Source: a virus (taxonomy: Duplodnaviria > Caudoviricetes). From it: DNA of 26,005 nt. Numbering within the stretch: the first letter of the stretch is position 1; every line of letters begins with the position of its first letter. The notes below the pieces were generated by a model. That model worked only from the letters and a program-made list of their open reading frames with translations. It did not search any database and was not told the origin of the DNA. Below, piece by piece: positions 15,500 to 23,826 of this stretch. The position numbers and the translations under genes are program-made. The stretch lies in the IMG/VR virus record IMGVR_UViG_3300037479_000144, positions 1 through 26,005 of that record; one strand, 5' to 3'.

Positions 15500-17455
15500 C
15501 TAGTATTTAGGACATTTCTCAAACTGTTCCCACATGGTTTGTACCATCGTTACGTAGTAACTCCAATCGATACGACTAGGATCACTAGTCCACATTACCT
15601 CTGTTTTTTTGAGTACTTGGCCACGTTTACCATACAAAACCTTATCACGCTCTTTGTAAATGGTTATTACATCTCCCGGTTTACCTAATCCTAATTCCAC
15701 AACCCTAGACTCATTAGCCTTGATTTTGCGGTTTATGGCTAATTTTTCCACTGGGTAAGTACCCATTAAAAGTTGAGTTAGTATTTCCTTGTAGTATGCA
15801 TCATGTTTTCCCTCCAAATAGTGCTTAATCAACTCAGGGATAAACGATCGCTCTAAGTGGCATTTATCACGCTTAACGAATTTACCTTTGGCTTTAACTT
15901 TTACCTCATTCGATTTTTTATCAAAATAGACATAAACATAATTTTTGCGCAACCCCTCTTTTGAGTCATTTTCATTGGGTGGGCAATACATGGCAAGTGC
16001 TTCTAATTCATATTCTAGGATTATTGATTTTGGCATTTTAGATTGGCAATATTGCCAAGCGGCTTTATTTTTAGCAAAAGTAGGATCATCGGATGCGAAA
16101 TAAATCCCATCAGTGTCAACGGAAGCATTTATCATGCCGCATTCTTCTAGTGCTGACATCATACGCTTTAGGATCGCCCTACCGTGTGCAGTCACTCCGG
16201 CACCCGCAATAAAATCATTGTATTCAATAAATCCAGTTGATAGGAAACCATAACCGCTATTGATGAGTACCTTTAATGCACCCTGAGTCTGTTTAGCTTG
16301 CATTCCTTCGGGTGTTCCTTTTTTCTCCTCAGCTATAGCTTTTAATCTTAATCTCTCAGTTCTGAGAAATCGTAAAACAGATAGACAATGTCTATCGGGG
16401 TCTTTATCGGAACAAATCCCATATAGCAGCATAATAGAAGGATAAAGGCTGGCTACATCGATTTTAGCAATGTTTCTGAATAAGCCAGGTTTGGAACCTG
16501 TCAACCCGCCTACAAATGTTAGTTTAGGTGATGTTTGAGGCGGGGGTGATCCCTTTCTGTTGTAGTGTTGTTTTAGAATATCATTCCATTTGGAGCCATT
16601 TCCGCTACTAGCTAATGATTGTAAATTCCAATCAGGCAAAATTAATTTTTGATAGTAGATATCAGGTAATAAAAAATCACCTATTGCTTTTGTGGCTTTT
16701 AAATCTGATTCTAGATACTCTATTAGTAACTCTTTGCCATTCACACCCTTCGTAGGCGATCTCACATCCCAATTAGCGATCGCTTGCTGCATCTGAGGAT
16801 ATGATAATTCTATGGGTTTATCGTTCTCATATCCTGGTAAACTTAATTGATTAGGTATATATTTCAAACCGTATCTAGTTAATTTGTGATTGACATAATC
16901 CCATGCTAGAGTCTGGTGAAATAGGTCTATTATTGCTGTTTCGCCCCTATTTAACCAAATATCATTATATTCTACTGGTACAGAAAATTGCTGTGCGGTT
17001 CTAAATATCTTTGTCCTTTCATGATTGATATAGAAAGGTATGTGGTTACTAGGTATACCTAGTAACCGCATCCTTTTAATCAAAAAAGGTAAGTCAAATT
17101 TAAAGCCGTTGAATGTTAGTAATATTTCTGGTTTTTTCTTTCCTAGTATCTCTAAAAATGTCAAGATGCCATTTAACTCACCATTGGATTTGCAATCTAT
17201 GATGTGACTCTTACCTCTCTCATTCATCAGACCTATCAGAACAACCTCATCTGAGTCTGGATCTAATCCGGTTGTTTCAATATCTAAATAAAGTTTAGAT
17301 ACTTGCTCTAATGGCTTTAATGTAATTGCAGGTTTCCATTCGGGTATGAATGTGTCGTCATACTCATAGATATTTATATCATCCTCGTTGATGGTTACAG
17401 TTTTGTCAGTAACTTTTGCAAGTCTTCTGAATTGTTGCAATTGTTTTGTAAGCAT
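15500..17455 (-). CDS. Family B DNA polymerase with 3'-5' exonuclease
   Basis: ExoI LYLDIETTG, ExoII FNGFKFDLPFL, ExoIII YLESD; Pol motif A DVASLYPSIM, B KVLINSGYG, C VDTDG. Confidence 0.95.
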   Translation of the reverse strand: MLTKQLQQFRRLAKVTDKTVTINEDDINIYEYDDTFIPEWKPAITLKPLEQVSKLYLDIETTGLDPDSDEVVLIGLMNERGKSHIIDCKSNGELNGILTFLEILGKKKPEILLTFNGFKFDLPFLIKRMRLLGIPSNHIPFYINHERTKIFRTAQQFSVPVEYNDIWLNRGETAIIDLFHQTLAWDYVNHKLTRYGLKYIPNQLSLPGYENDKPIELSYPQMQQAIANWDVRSPTKGVNGKELLIEYLESDLKATKAIGDFLLPDIYYQKLILPDWNLQSLASSGNGSKWNDILKQHYNRKGSPPPQTSPKLTFVGGLTGSKPGLFRNIAKIDVASLYPSIMLLYGICSDKDPDRHCLSVLRFLRTERLRLKAIAEEKKGTPEGMQAKQTQGALKVLINSGYGFLSTGFIEYNDFIAGAGVTAHGRAILKRMMSALEECGMINASVDTDGIYFASDDPTFAKNKAAWQYCQSKMPKSIILEYELEALAMYCPPNENDSKEGLRKNYVYVYFDKKSNEVKVKAKGKFVKRDKCHLERSFIPELIKHYLEGKHDAYYKEILTQLLMGTYPVEKLAINRKIKANESRVVELGLGKPGDVITIYKERDKVLYGKRGQVLKKTEVMWTSDPSRIDWSYYVTMVQTMWEQFEKCPKY

Positions 17456-17483
17456 ATTGTTATCAGAAAGATGGGTTTAGCAA

Positions 17484-17526
17484 TTAAGCTGCTTAAATCA
17501 TATATGATTGTATAGATAGTTGTCAA
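17484..17526 (-). promoter_or_regulatory. Sigma70-type promoter of DNA polymerase with palindrome A at the start site
   Basis: TTGACA (17526-17521)-N18-TATGAT (17502-17497), immediately followed by TTAAGCAGCTTAA (17496-17484). Confidence 0.7.
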
Positions 17527-17530
17527 TATG

Positions 17531-17560
17531 AAAAAACCCCAGACCTTTGATGGTCTGGGT
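17531..17560 (-). terminator. Rho-independent terminator
   Basis: Minus strand ACCCAGACC-ATCAAA-GGTCTGGGG-TTTTTT. Confidence 0.75.
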
Positions 17561-17584
17561 ATTTCATCCAAATTCCTGGGTCTG

Positions 17585-17622
17585 AAACCCCGCCTCAGCA
17601 TCTTTTTGGTAGAGGCGGGGGT
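17585..17622 (-). terminator. Hairpin made of two GAGGCGGGG copies, downstream of the helicase
   Basis: CCCCGCCTC (17588-17596) / GAGGCGGGG (17612-17620); short T-tract on the minus strand. Confidence 0.6.
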
Positions 17623-17628
17623 GCAAGT

Positions 17629-19311
17629 TCAGATATCTAGTAACTTTTCTACCAGTCGTTGATAGAATTTACTATCAAGTTTATCGGGGATGATTCCGAT
17701 TTTTTCGTTGATAACTCTATTAATATTGGTTGATTTCTGATTGTTGATGGTAGCCATCACGAAATCAACATCTTTTCCAAACACATTGTAAATTGTACAA
17801 TTTTCATTTTGCCCTATTCGATGGATACGATCGGTTGCTTGCGTGTATAGTCCAGGATTCCAAGGAAAATCATTCATCACTAGATAATTGGCTCGTGTTA
17901 ACGTGATCCCTACGCCACCGGCAGCTATCGACCCAATAAAAACTAAATTTTTACCTGATTGAAAATCATCCACCATTTGCTGACGATCTTCTAATTTAGT
18001 ATCCCCATTGAGCGATTTTACATTGAAGTGTGCAGCAATCCGATCTGCTGATTCCCTAAATTCTGTGAAGACTACGACAGGTAACCCCGCATCAACCATT
18101 GACTGAACAGTATTTATAGTTTGATAAGACTTGTAAATACTGGCTGATCTGCGCAAGTGACCTAGTGTAACCAGTGCTTCAGCTTGTAAACTAACCTCAC
18201 CTTTGCTTGCTCTTTCCAGATAGCTTTTTTTAAGCTGCTTAACCGTCTCATCGTATTCATCCTCAGCAGCTTTATTTGGCTCACAGAAAATATCAACAAT
18301 TGTTTTTTCTGGAAGATCAATACATTCCTCTTTTCGGTGCTTTATGAGCTTATCTGATATTCGTTCTGATAATTCCTCAGAATTGATTGATCCTGTAACA
18401 TCCCAAGGGGTAAAAGCGGTGGGTTTCGCATCACAATACCTTATGTCGTAATACTTTTTAGAATCCGCCACAGGATGCTTAACAGCTTTGAGTAGTGGGT
18501 ACAATTCCGAATGTCTACCGTTCAGCATTGGTGTCGCTGTCATCGCCATGACACTTACGCAATTATGGTCAGCAGCCAATTCTAGAAATTTTTTGGAACG
18601 TGCCGAGGCGGGGTTTTTATATACATGTGCCTCATCGGCAATCAGTATGTATTTTTTGTTGATTGGCGCTTTTGGTGTTTTGGCATGAGAAAAAATCTCT
18701 AGCCGTAGCTTCACTTTCTCCGCCTCTATTAGCCAATTGAGTTTCAGCGAAACCGGACAGACAACTATGATTGACAACAATTCTCCATACTCAAATCTGT
18801 AAAAGTCTCGGATTGCTTTTGCAGATATCAAAGCGGATAATGTCTTACCCAATCCCGGATCATCGCTGATAATGGCAGATAAATTGGGCTGATTCAGGAT
18901 GAAATTGATTGTTTCCCATTGGTGAAGATAGGGTGTGAAGTTCCATTCCTCGGATTCAGATTCTAGATGCTCGAAACACCAGTCTACACGGTTTTCTATT
19001 TTCTCCTTGACTAACCGCTTCTCTTCTCTAATGGTTTCCAAATACTGGTCTAGCGCATCTGTAATTACAAACCCAAAAGGAATCAGTACATCTATTAATT
19101 TTTCTACACACTGAGACCCAAACAGCCAGTATTTGTTATGCGAATTTTCGGCAACAAAGTAACCGCCGTGAACACCTTTGACAGCTTTGTAGACATCAGT
19201 ATCATAATCGAATTTGACCTTTATCTTTTTGTCAGCGGTTATGTCAATGATTCTGGTATTAGAGGCGGGTTTATCTAGGTGGGATGTTGATTGCATGGTT
19301 TTGTCTCTCAC
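17629..19311 (-). CDS. SNF2-family (SMARCAL1/HARP-like) helicase/ATPase
   Basis: DDPGLGKT, VVCPVSL, DEAH, MTATP, GITLT and QATDRIHRIGQ motifs; N-terminal IKVKFDYD...KYWLF HARP-like segment. True start may be ATG 19296. Confidence 0.92.
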   Translation of the reverse strand: MRDKTMQSTSHLDKPASNTRIIDITADKKIKVKFDYDTDVYKAVKGVHGGYFVAENSHNKYWLFGSQCVEKLIDVLIPFGFVITDALDQYLETIREEKRLVKEKIENRVDWCFEHLESESEEWNFTPYLHQWETINFILNQPNLSAIISDDPGLGKTLSALISAKAIRDFYRFEYGELLSIIVVCPVSLKLNWLIEAEKVKLRLEIFSHAKTPKAPINKKYILIADEAHVYKNPASARSKKFLELAADHNCVSVMAMTATPMLNGRHSELYPLLKAVKHPVADSKKYYDIRYCDAKPTAFTPWDVTGSINSEELSERISDKLIKHRKEECIDLPEKTIVDIFCEPNKAAEDEYDETVKQLKKSYLERASKGEVSLQAEALVTLGHLRRSASIYKSYQTINTVQSMVDAGLPVVVFTEFRESADRIAAHFNVKSLNGDTKLEDRQQMVDDFQSGKNLVFIGSIAAGGVGITLTRANYLVMNDFPWNPGLYTQATDRIHRIGQNENCTIYNVFGKDVDFVMATINNQKSTNINRVINEKIGIIPDKLDSKFYQRLVEKLLDI

Positions 19312-19322
19312 TCGATATCTAA

Positions 19323-19352
19323 ATTTTATCTTACCGTATAGATGATTGTCAA
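19323..19352 (-). promoter_or_regulatory. Sigma70-type promoter of the helicase
   Basis: TTGACA (19352-19347)-N18-TAAAAT (19328-19323); spacer begins ATCATCTATAC. Confidence 0.7.
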
Positions 19353-19371
19353 CATATCTCCCAGAAATAAG

Positions 19372-19398
19372 AAACCCGCATCTATCTGATGCGGGGGT
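19372..19398 (-). terminator. Terminator-like hairpin
   Basis: CCCGCATC (19375-19382) / GATGCGGG (19388-19395), followed by TTTCTTATTT on the minus strand. Confidence 0.65.
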
Positions 19399-19433
19399 GA
19401 TGGGAGATTGAATCGATTAAGCTGCTTTACTAA

Positions 19434-20660
19434 CTAGAAATCTTCTAATCCGGAACCTGCAAGTACAGGATACACACCATTCACATCTTCGTAGTCTTCT
19501 TTTGTGGCTTCTCTAATGGTTTCTTGAGCGGATGCTGGCAACTGCTTAGATTGCATTTTATCTTTTATCGCTCTGTAGATTTCCTGTAGATGAGGGAAAG
19601 TTGCGATTTTGGCCAAAATCCTTGGTTCTAGCGCGGTAACGGTATTTACAGGTGAATTTGTGATTTTGATCGCGCTAGGTTCGACAATGTGGATTAGCAT
19701 TATCTGATTGTCGAAATATGTATTATTCACCAACCACGTGTAACCCTCATTCTTAACCATTGCTGATGTAAATTGTATGTCTGTTGCATCGGCAAGCGTA
19801 ATGTATTCGTACTCTTTATTAGAGTTTTTCCAGTTGATAATCAACTCAGGGTGACTGCTTGCTATAATTTCCCAGCTGCTTTGTACAATGTCTGATTTTA
19901 TATTTTCGTAAGTACCAGCAGGTGTAATTTTGATAGCTCCATTCTTAACTAGGAGCAAAATCCCGCCTCTAGGAAAAGATTTAGATTGAAAGGAAGGAAC
20001 AAAAGCCTTATTACACTCAATCCATAGGCGGCTATTTCTTTGATTAACGTCTCTACAAACATCAGCAAACTTACCAGATCGCCAGAATTTAATGATATCG
20101 CTAGGCTGGTAATTAGCTTTTTTATCTACTAAAAAAGGAAAGCTAAAATTGATGGTTTTCAGATCTTCAACATATTCTAGATTAATGTAGAATTTTCCAG
20201 TACCCTTACCTTCATTATCAACCTGTTCTATTAGTTCGATCGGAGTACCATTAATAGTGTACTCAAACTCTGTAACAGTCTTTTTCCCGCGCTTCTTTTC
20301 TACTTGATCAACTTCACAGGGAATAAAAAGATCCTGTGTTTCAATATTGAATCGATCGGTGGTTGTCCCGATTAACAAACCTAGTTGACCATCACGTAAA
20401 CCTAGATAACAGGGTGAATGATAATTGAAGACATCGTTAGAATAATACGCAAAACCCATATTATTAATATCTGTGGGTTTTATTTCGATAGCAGACAAAA
20501 ACATATTAAATTGATACAGCTCTGTTTCTTCCACATTTTCAGGCAATACCAGAGTTTTGACACGATTACCAGAATTAATAGAATACTGATTATGGATGTA
20601 AGGATAATCAGAATTAGCAACAGATTGGAAAAGGTTAGACAAACGGATTGAAGAAACCAT
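19434..20660 (-). CDS. Hypothetical protein in the replication module
   Basis: 408-aa ORF with its own promoter and terminator; acidic C-terminus ending in Phe. Confidence 0.8.
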   Translation of the reverse strand: MVSSIRLSNLFQSVANSDYPYIHNQYSINSGNRVKTLVLPENVEETELYQFNMFLSAIEIKPTDINNMGFAYYSNDVFNYHSPCYLGLRDGQLGLLIGTTTDRFNIETQDLFIPCEVDQVEKKRGKKTVTEFEYTINGTPIELIEQVDNEGKGTGKFYINLEYVEDLKTINFSFPFLVDKKANYQPSDIIKFWRSGKFADVCRDVNQRNSRLWIECNKAFVPSFQSKSFPRGGILLLVKNGAIKITPAGTYENIKSDIVQSSWEIIASSHPELIINWKNSNKEYEYITLADATDIQFTSAMVKNEGYTWLVNNTYFDNQIMLIHIVEPSAIKITNSPVNTVTALEPRILAKIATFPHLQEIYRAIKDKMQSKQLPASAQETIREATKEDYEDVNGVYPVLAGSGLEDF

Positions 20661-20738
20661 TTTGAGTTACCTATTGATTTGTATTTGTGGATTTTTTAGA
20701 GATTTGGTCTAGTTGTTCTCTCAACTTCTTATGAAAAC

Positions 20739-20768
20739 AGTATAACATATCATCTATACAATTGGCCA
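20739..20768 (-). promoter_or_regulatory. Extended -10 promoter with an inverted ATCATCTATACAAT box
   Basis: TGGCCA-N18-TATACT with TG extension; box at 20749-20762 on the plus strand. Confidence 0.5.
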
Positions 20769-20797
20769 GTATTTTATCTATATAAATTTGTCCAATT

Positions 20798-20826
20798 AAA
20801 AACCCTAGATCGGATAATCTAGGGTT
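20798..20826 (-). terminator. Rho-independent terminator after the ATPase gene
   Basis: AACCCTAGAT (20801-20810) / ATCTAGGGTT (20817-20826), with a T-tract on the minus strand. Confidence 0.75.
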
Positions 20827-20848
20827 ATCGGTTTCAAGTGGTTGTTTT

Positions 20849-22537
20849 CTACTTGTCGATCAATTTACTTATCAAGTATTCTAAAGCTGCGTCGTTCAGA
20901 GTCACCCCGGTTTCTTCTTTCCATGCTTTTCGGATATGCTCCGAATTGGGATATCTGCCATATTTTTCAAAGCAAGTATCCATCCATTTTTTGATTTTGG
21001 TGTAAATTTCTTCAATATTAGAGGCGGGGGGTTGGGGTTGTTGTGGTTCCTGTGGTTGTTGTGGTTCCTGTGGTTGCTCTGGTTCCTGTGGTTGTTGTGA
21101 TTGCTGGGGTTGTTGGGGTTGCTGTGATTGCTCTGATCTTAATTTTTGTACGATAGCCTCGACATTAAACTCCGGTATGATCGCTACAAAGGGATTGCCT
21201 CTGGTAGGTCTAACCAGGCAGTATCGTAATCCCTCTTTCTGAAACAATTCACACGTTTGTTGCAGTACTGTTAAATACTCCTCAGAAATGTTTCTAACAT
21301 AGTTCGATCGATTTTTGGCATCTAATATGTACGAGGATGTTTCGCCCATAGCTATAAAGCAAGTATTATTCATAGCGGGCAAACTAAAGCCAGTATCACC
21401 GCTTAATGGTGATTGCCCCATAAAGATCCCGTGTCCCTTTGCACCAGCTAGGTTAGTGGTGATGAACAGCCATTGCGCTTGTGCCGCTACGGCGCAATCA
21501 GAATCTATATATTTACCATATCCCTTACCCTTACCGTATACGGTGTTATGTTCATCTTGTAATAAGATCAACTCTCTTACACCTTCACAACTCCCCCCGC
21601 TTTCCGAAACTAAATCTAGCTGTTCACTAGCTAGCGTTTCCATCAATTCAATCCAATTTTCTGTATTTTCATAACCATCGACTTTATATGTAAAGTCACA
21701 CAACCACCGGGTTATATCCTTTTTACCTGGTTTTTTCTTAGCGTCATGCACGGCTATTACAGCAGGTGATTGAGATCGACTAGCTATCCCATTAGCGATT
21801 ACACCCGCCAACGTGCTTTTACCAGCTTGTGTTTCGGCCACAATCATAAAATGGTGGTTAGCACGTTTTGACATCGGCATTGCTGATGATGATTCTATGA
21901 GATCGTCTATCCATTTATTGTCTATGCGTACATAGTCAGGATATTTACTGGCCATCGCTTTAATCAAAGCGCTAGCAGTTTTGTTAATGTGTAGGTCTAA
22001 GATCTCACTATTAGGTTTTGCGATCGCCCGTTCTGCAAAATTATTATTATTGGCTGATTGTGGTTCTGAGGCGGGGGTTGCTTGCTGTAATACATTAGCT
22101 ATTAATCCAATGGGTAAATTATTTCGCTGTATGTATTCAGCCATAGCTTGAGGGTGAATACCGTTAATTTTTAGAAATTCAGCAATTGATACATCTTTAG
22201 TTACATCAAGGGTAAATTGTTGCTTGATGAAACGGTTTTTAGTTTCCAGTTTTTGAGTCTCGCGATTAAGCTGCAAATAAGCTTCATACCGATTTTCAAT
22301 ATCTTCCCTCGATTTGGCAACTATAGCCGATGCGAATCCGCCTATTGATCCCGCTAGCAATTGCAATAATTTATTTCCATCTGGTTGATTGGGTAAAAAT
22401 ATTGCTGTAGCTGGTAAGGTTACTGCGAAACTAGCAATAGCAGCGTTTATCAGTCGCTTTTGGACAACATCAAGGACTAATTCGTCTATTTCCTTTCCTA
22501 GGAAGAAACTACCATTTAGCAGATTTAATTTTTTCAT
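20849..22537 (-). CDS. Membrane-anchored P-loop ATPase, FtsK/HerA-superfamily-like
   Basis: Two N-terminal hydrophobic segments, a coiled coil, HFMIVAETQAGKST (Walker A), LILLQDE (Walker B), IFMGQ motif, Q/P-rich linker and a small helical C-terminal domain. Confidence 0.75.
   Translation of the reverse strand: MKKLNLLNGSFFLGKEIDELVLDVVQKRLINAAIASFAVTLPATAIFLPNQPDGNKLLQLLAGSIGGFASAIVAKSREDIENRYEAYLQLNRETQKLETKNRFIKQQFTLDVTKDVSIAEFLKINGIHPQAMAEYIQRNNLPIGLIANVLQQATPASEPQSANNNNFAERAIAKPNSEILDLHINKTASALIKAMASKYPDYVRIDNKWIDDLIESSSAMPMSKRANHHFMIVAETQAGKSTLAGVIANGIASRSQSPAVIAVHDAKKKPGKKDITRWLCDFTYKVDGYENTENWIELMETLASEQLDLVSESGGSCEGVRELILLQDEHNTVYGKGKGYGKYIDSDCAVAAQAQWLFITTNLAGAKGHGIFMGQSPLSGDTGFSLPAMNNTCFIAMGETSSYILDAKNRSNYVRNISEEYLTVLQQTCELFQKEGLRYCLVRPTRGNPFVAIIPEFNVEAIVQKLRSEQSQQPQQPQQSQQPQEPEQPQEPQQPQEPQQPQPPASNIEEIYTKIKKWMDTCFEKYGRYPNSEHIRKAWKEETGVTLNDAALEYLISKLIDK
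21031..21130 (-). repeat. Coding 9-bp tandem repeat (QPQ/QEP linker)
   Basis: About 11 imperfect 9-nt units encoding QSQQPQQPQQSQQPQEPEQPQEPQQPQEPQQPQP. Confidence 0.9.
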
Positions 22538-22839
22538 GACACAACACCTACGGTTAGACCAACAAGTAAAGCTAAAACAATAAAAATTAATTCGATACCA
22601 TCGATAGATAAAGCAAATCTCAAGGCTTTTTTACCATATTTACCTTGGCTCTCAGCATGGGTATACGCTCTAAAAATACTAAAAGCTGTATAAGATGTGT
22701 ATCCCAGTATTATCAAAGCGCTTGCTGTACGAGTAATAGGGATGATACAACCAAGCGCGGTTAGGAATGATAAACCTGTGTATGTACCGTATCTAAGAGA
22801 TGCATAGTATAGGGCGTTAGGTTTTTTGTTGTTTTCCAT
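22534..22839 (-). CDS. Small integral membrane protein (about 3 TM segments)
   Basis: Start reassigned to ATG 22839 (MENNKKP...) because 22866-22941 is a promoter/terminator cassette; ATGA overlap with the ATPase gene. Confidence 0.7.
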   Translation of the reverse strand: MENNKKPNALYYASLRYGTYTGLSFLTALGCIIPITRTASALIILGYTSYTAFSIFRAYTHAESQGKYGKKALRFALSIDGIELIFIVLALLVGLTVGVVS

Positions 22840-22865
22840 TTTCTTTTTCCGAACTCTTTGAACTA

Positions 22866-22895
22866 ATGATAACTGATTGTATAGATGATCGTCAA
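22866..22895 (-). promoter_or_regulatory. Sigma70-type promoter of the membrane protein/ATPase pair
   Basis: TTGACG (22895-22890)-N18-TATCAT (22871-22866); spacer ATCATCTATACAATCAGT. Confidence 0.7.
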
Positions 22896-22911
22896 CATAT
22901 TCCCCAGAAAT

Positions 22912-22941
22912 AAAAAACCCCGCATCCATAGAGGCGGGGGT
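22912..22941 (-). terminator. Rho-independent terminator
   Basis: CCCCGCATC (22918-22926) / GAGGCGGGG (22931-22939), followed by TTTTTT on the minus strand. Confidence 0.75.
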
Positions 22942-22955
22942 CTGGTTAAGCTGCT

Positions 22956-23396
22956 TTAATAAGTAATGATTCTATCAGCCGTATCAACGTATTCTGCAAA
23001 CCCCGCATGAGACTGCTGGACTGTTCCCATGTCCAGCAGTTTTTCCGACATTTGCTCTAAATTTCTGGCTACTGTCTGCTGCCACTGCAACTCTAATTGT
23101 GCCGCACCTTGGGCGTGTTGCCACATAATTTGATGCGTTTGGTTCATTGCTCTGGCAGCATTTAGTTTTTGCTTACTGACTCGTTTGGCTATCACGTTGA
23201 ATCCTCTAATCTGACCCTCTGCATTAGCATATCGATTCAGTGTTTCCTCATTGCAATCAGCCGGATCCAAACGTAAAGCCTGATTAAATTCTGATTTGAG
23301 TTTGGACAATTCCTGCAAACCTTGTTTGATATCGTATCCGGATTTGACAATTTCCGATTCCCTACCTGTTGCCGTATTGTATCTAGATCCAAACAT
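22956..23396 (-). CDS. Hypothetical helical/coiled-coil protein
   Basis: 146 aa, Q/A/E-rich; operon packing. Confidence 0.7.
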   Translation of the reverse strand: MFGSRYNTATGRESEIVKSGYDIKQGLQELSKLKSEFNQALRLDPADCNEETLNRYANAEGQIRGFNVIAKRVSKQKLNAARAMNQTHQIMWQHAQGAAQLELQWQQTVARNLEQMSEKLLDMGTVQQSHAGFAEYVDTADRIITY

Positions 23397-23398
23397 AT

Positions 23399-23749
23399 CT
23401 AAAACCTAAAGTTAATTTCTTGTGTGGTTGATTTTGGTTGAAATTGTTGACTAATGGCGGATACAGCCGAATAAGTCATGGTCATTACCATAAAAAGGAA
23501 AACAGACACAAACGAAATGATAGCAAAATCAATATTAGTATTTTTGTCTATCTTTTCGCGTTCCAATTTTTGGGCATTTTGCCTGTAGTAATCAGCTTGA
23601 TTTAATAGCTGTAAGAGCATTTCTTGTGTCTGTTTGTCTGTAACATCACCCTCAAATTCTATCTGACCTATTTCTGATATTTTGAATTTGGTGATCGGTG
23701 AAATCTGGAGCGGGGGTAACTTTGTTTTCAGTTGGGGATCTTGCTGCAT
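23399..23749 (-). CDS. Hypothetical single-pass membrane protein
   Basis: 116 aa; coiled coil followed by hydrophobic FAIISFVSVFLFMVMTMTYSAV. Confidence 0.7.
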   Translation of the reverse strand: MQQDPQLKTKLPPLQISPITKFKISEIGQIEFEGDVTDKQTQEMLLQLLNQADYYRQNAQKLEREKIDKNTNIDFAIISFVSVFLFMVMTMTYSAVSAISQQFQPKSTTQEINFRF

Positions 23750-23826
23750 AAATCGCCATCATAAGTAAAAAGTAAAGAATTGGTAGTGTGATTAGTGAGA
23801 TAGAGATTAGATTGATCAACTCATTT

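Larger units (their letters stand above)
4395..22027. repeat. HIP1 octamers GCGATCGC (6 perfect copies)
   Basis: At 4395, 4497, 7052, 13849, 16776 and 22020, plus many CGATCG cores (e.g. near 1866, 6495, 12436, 15845, 24470). Confidence 0.8.

Noticed and set aside
22840-22929. N-terminal 30 aa of ORF 22534..22929
   Set aside because: Overlaps a promoter/terminator cassette repeated at 19336-19400; the true start is more likely ATG 22839.
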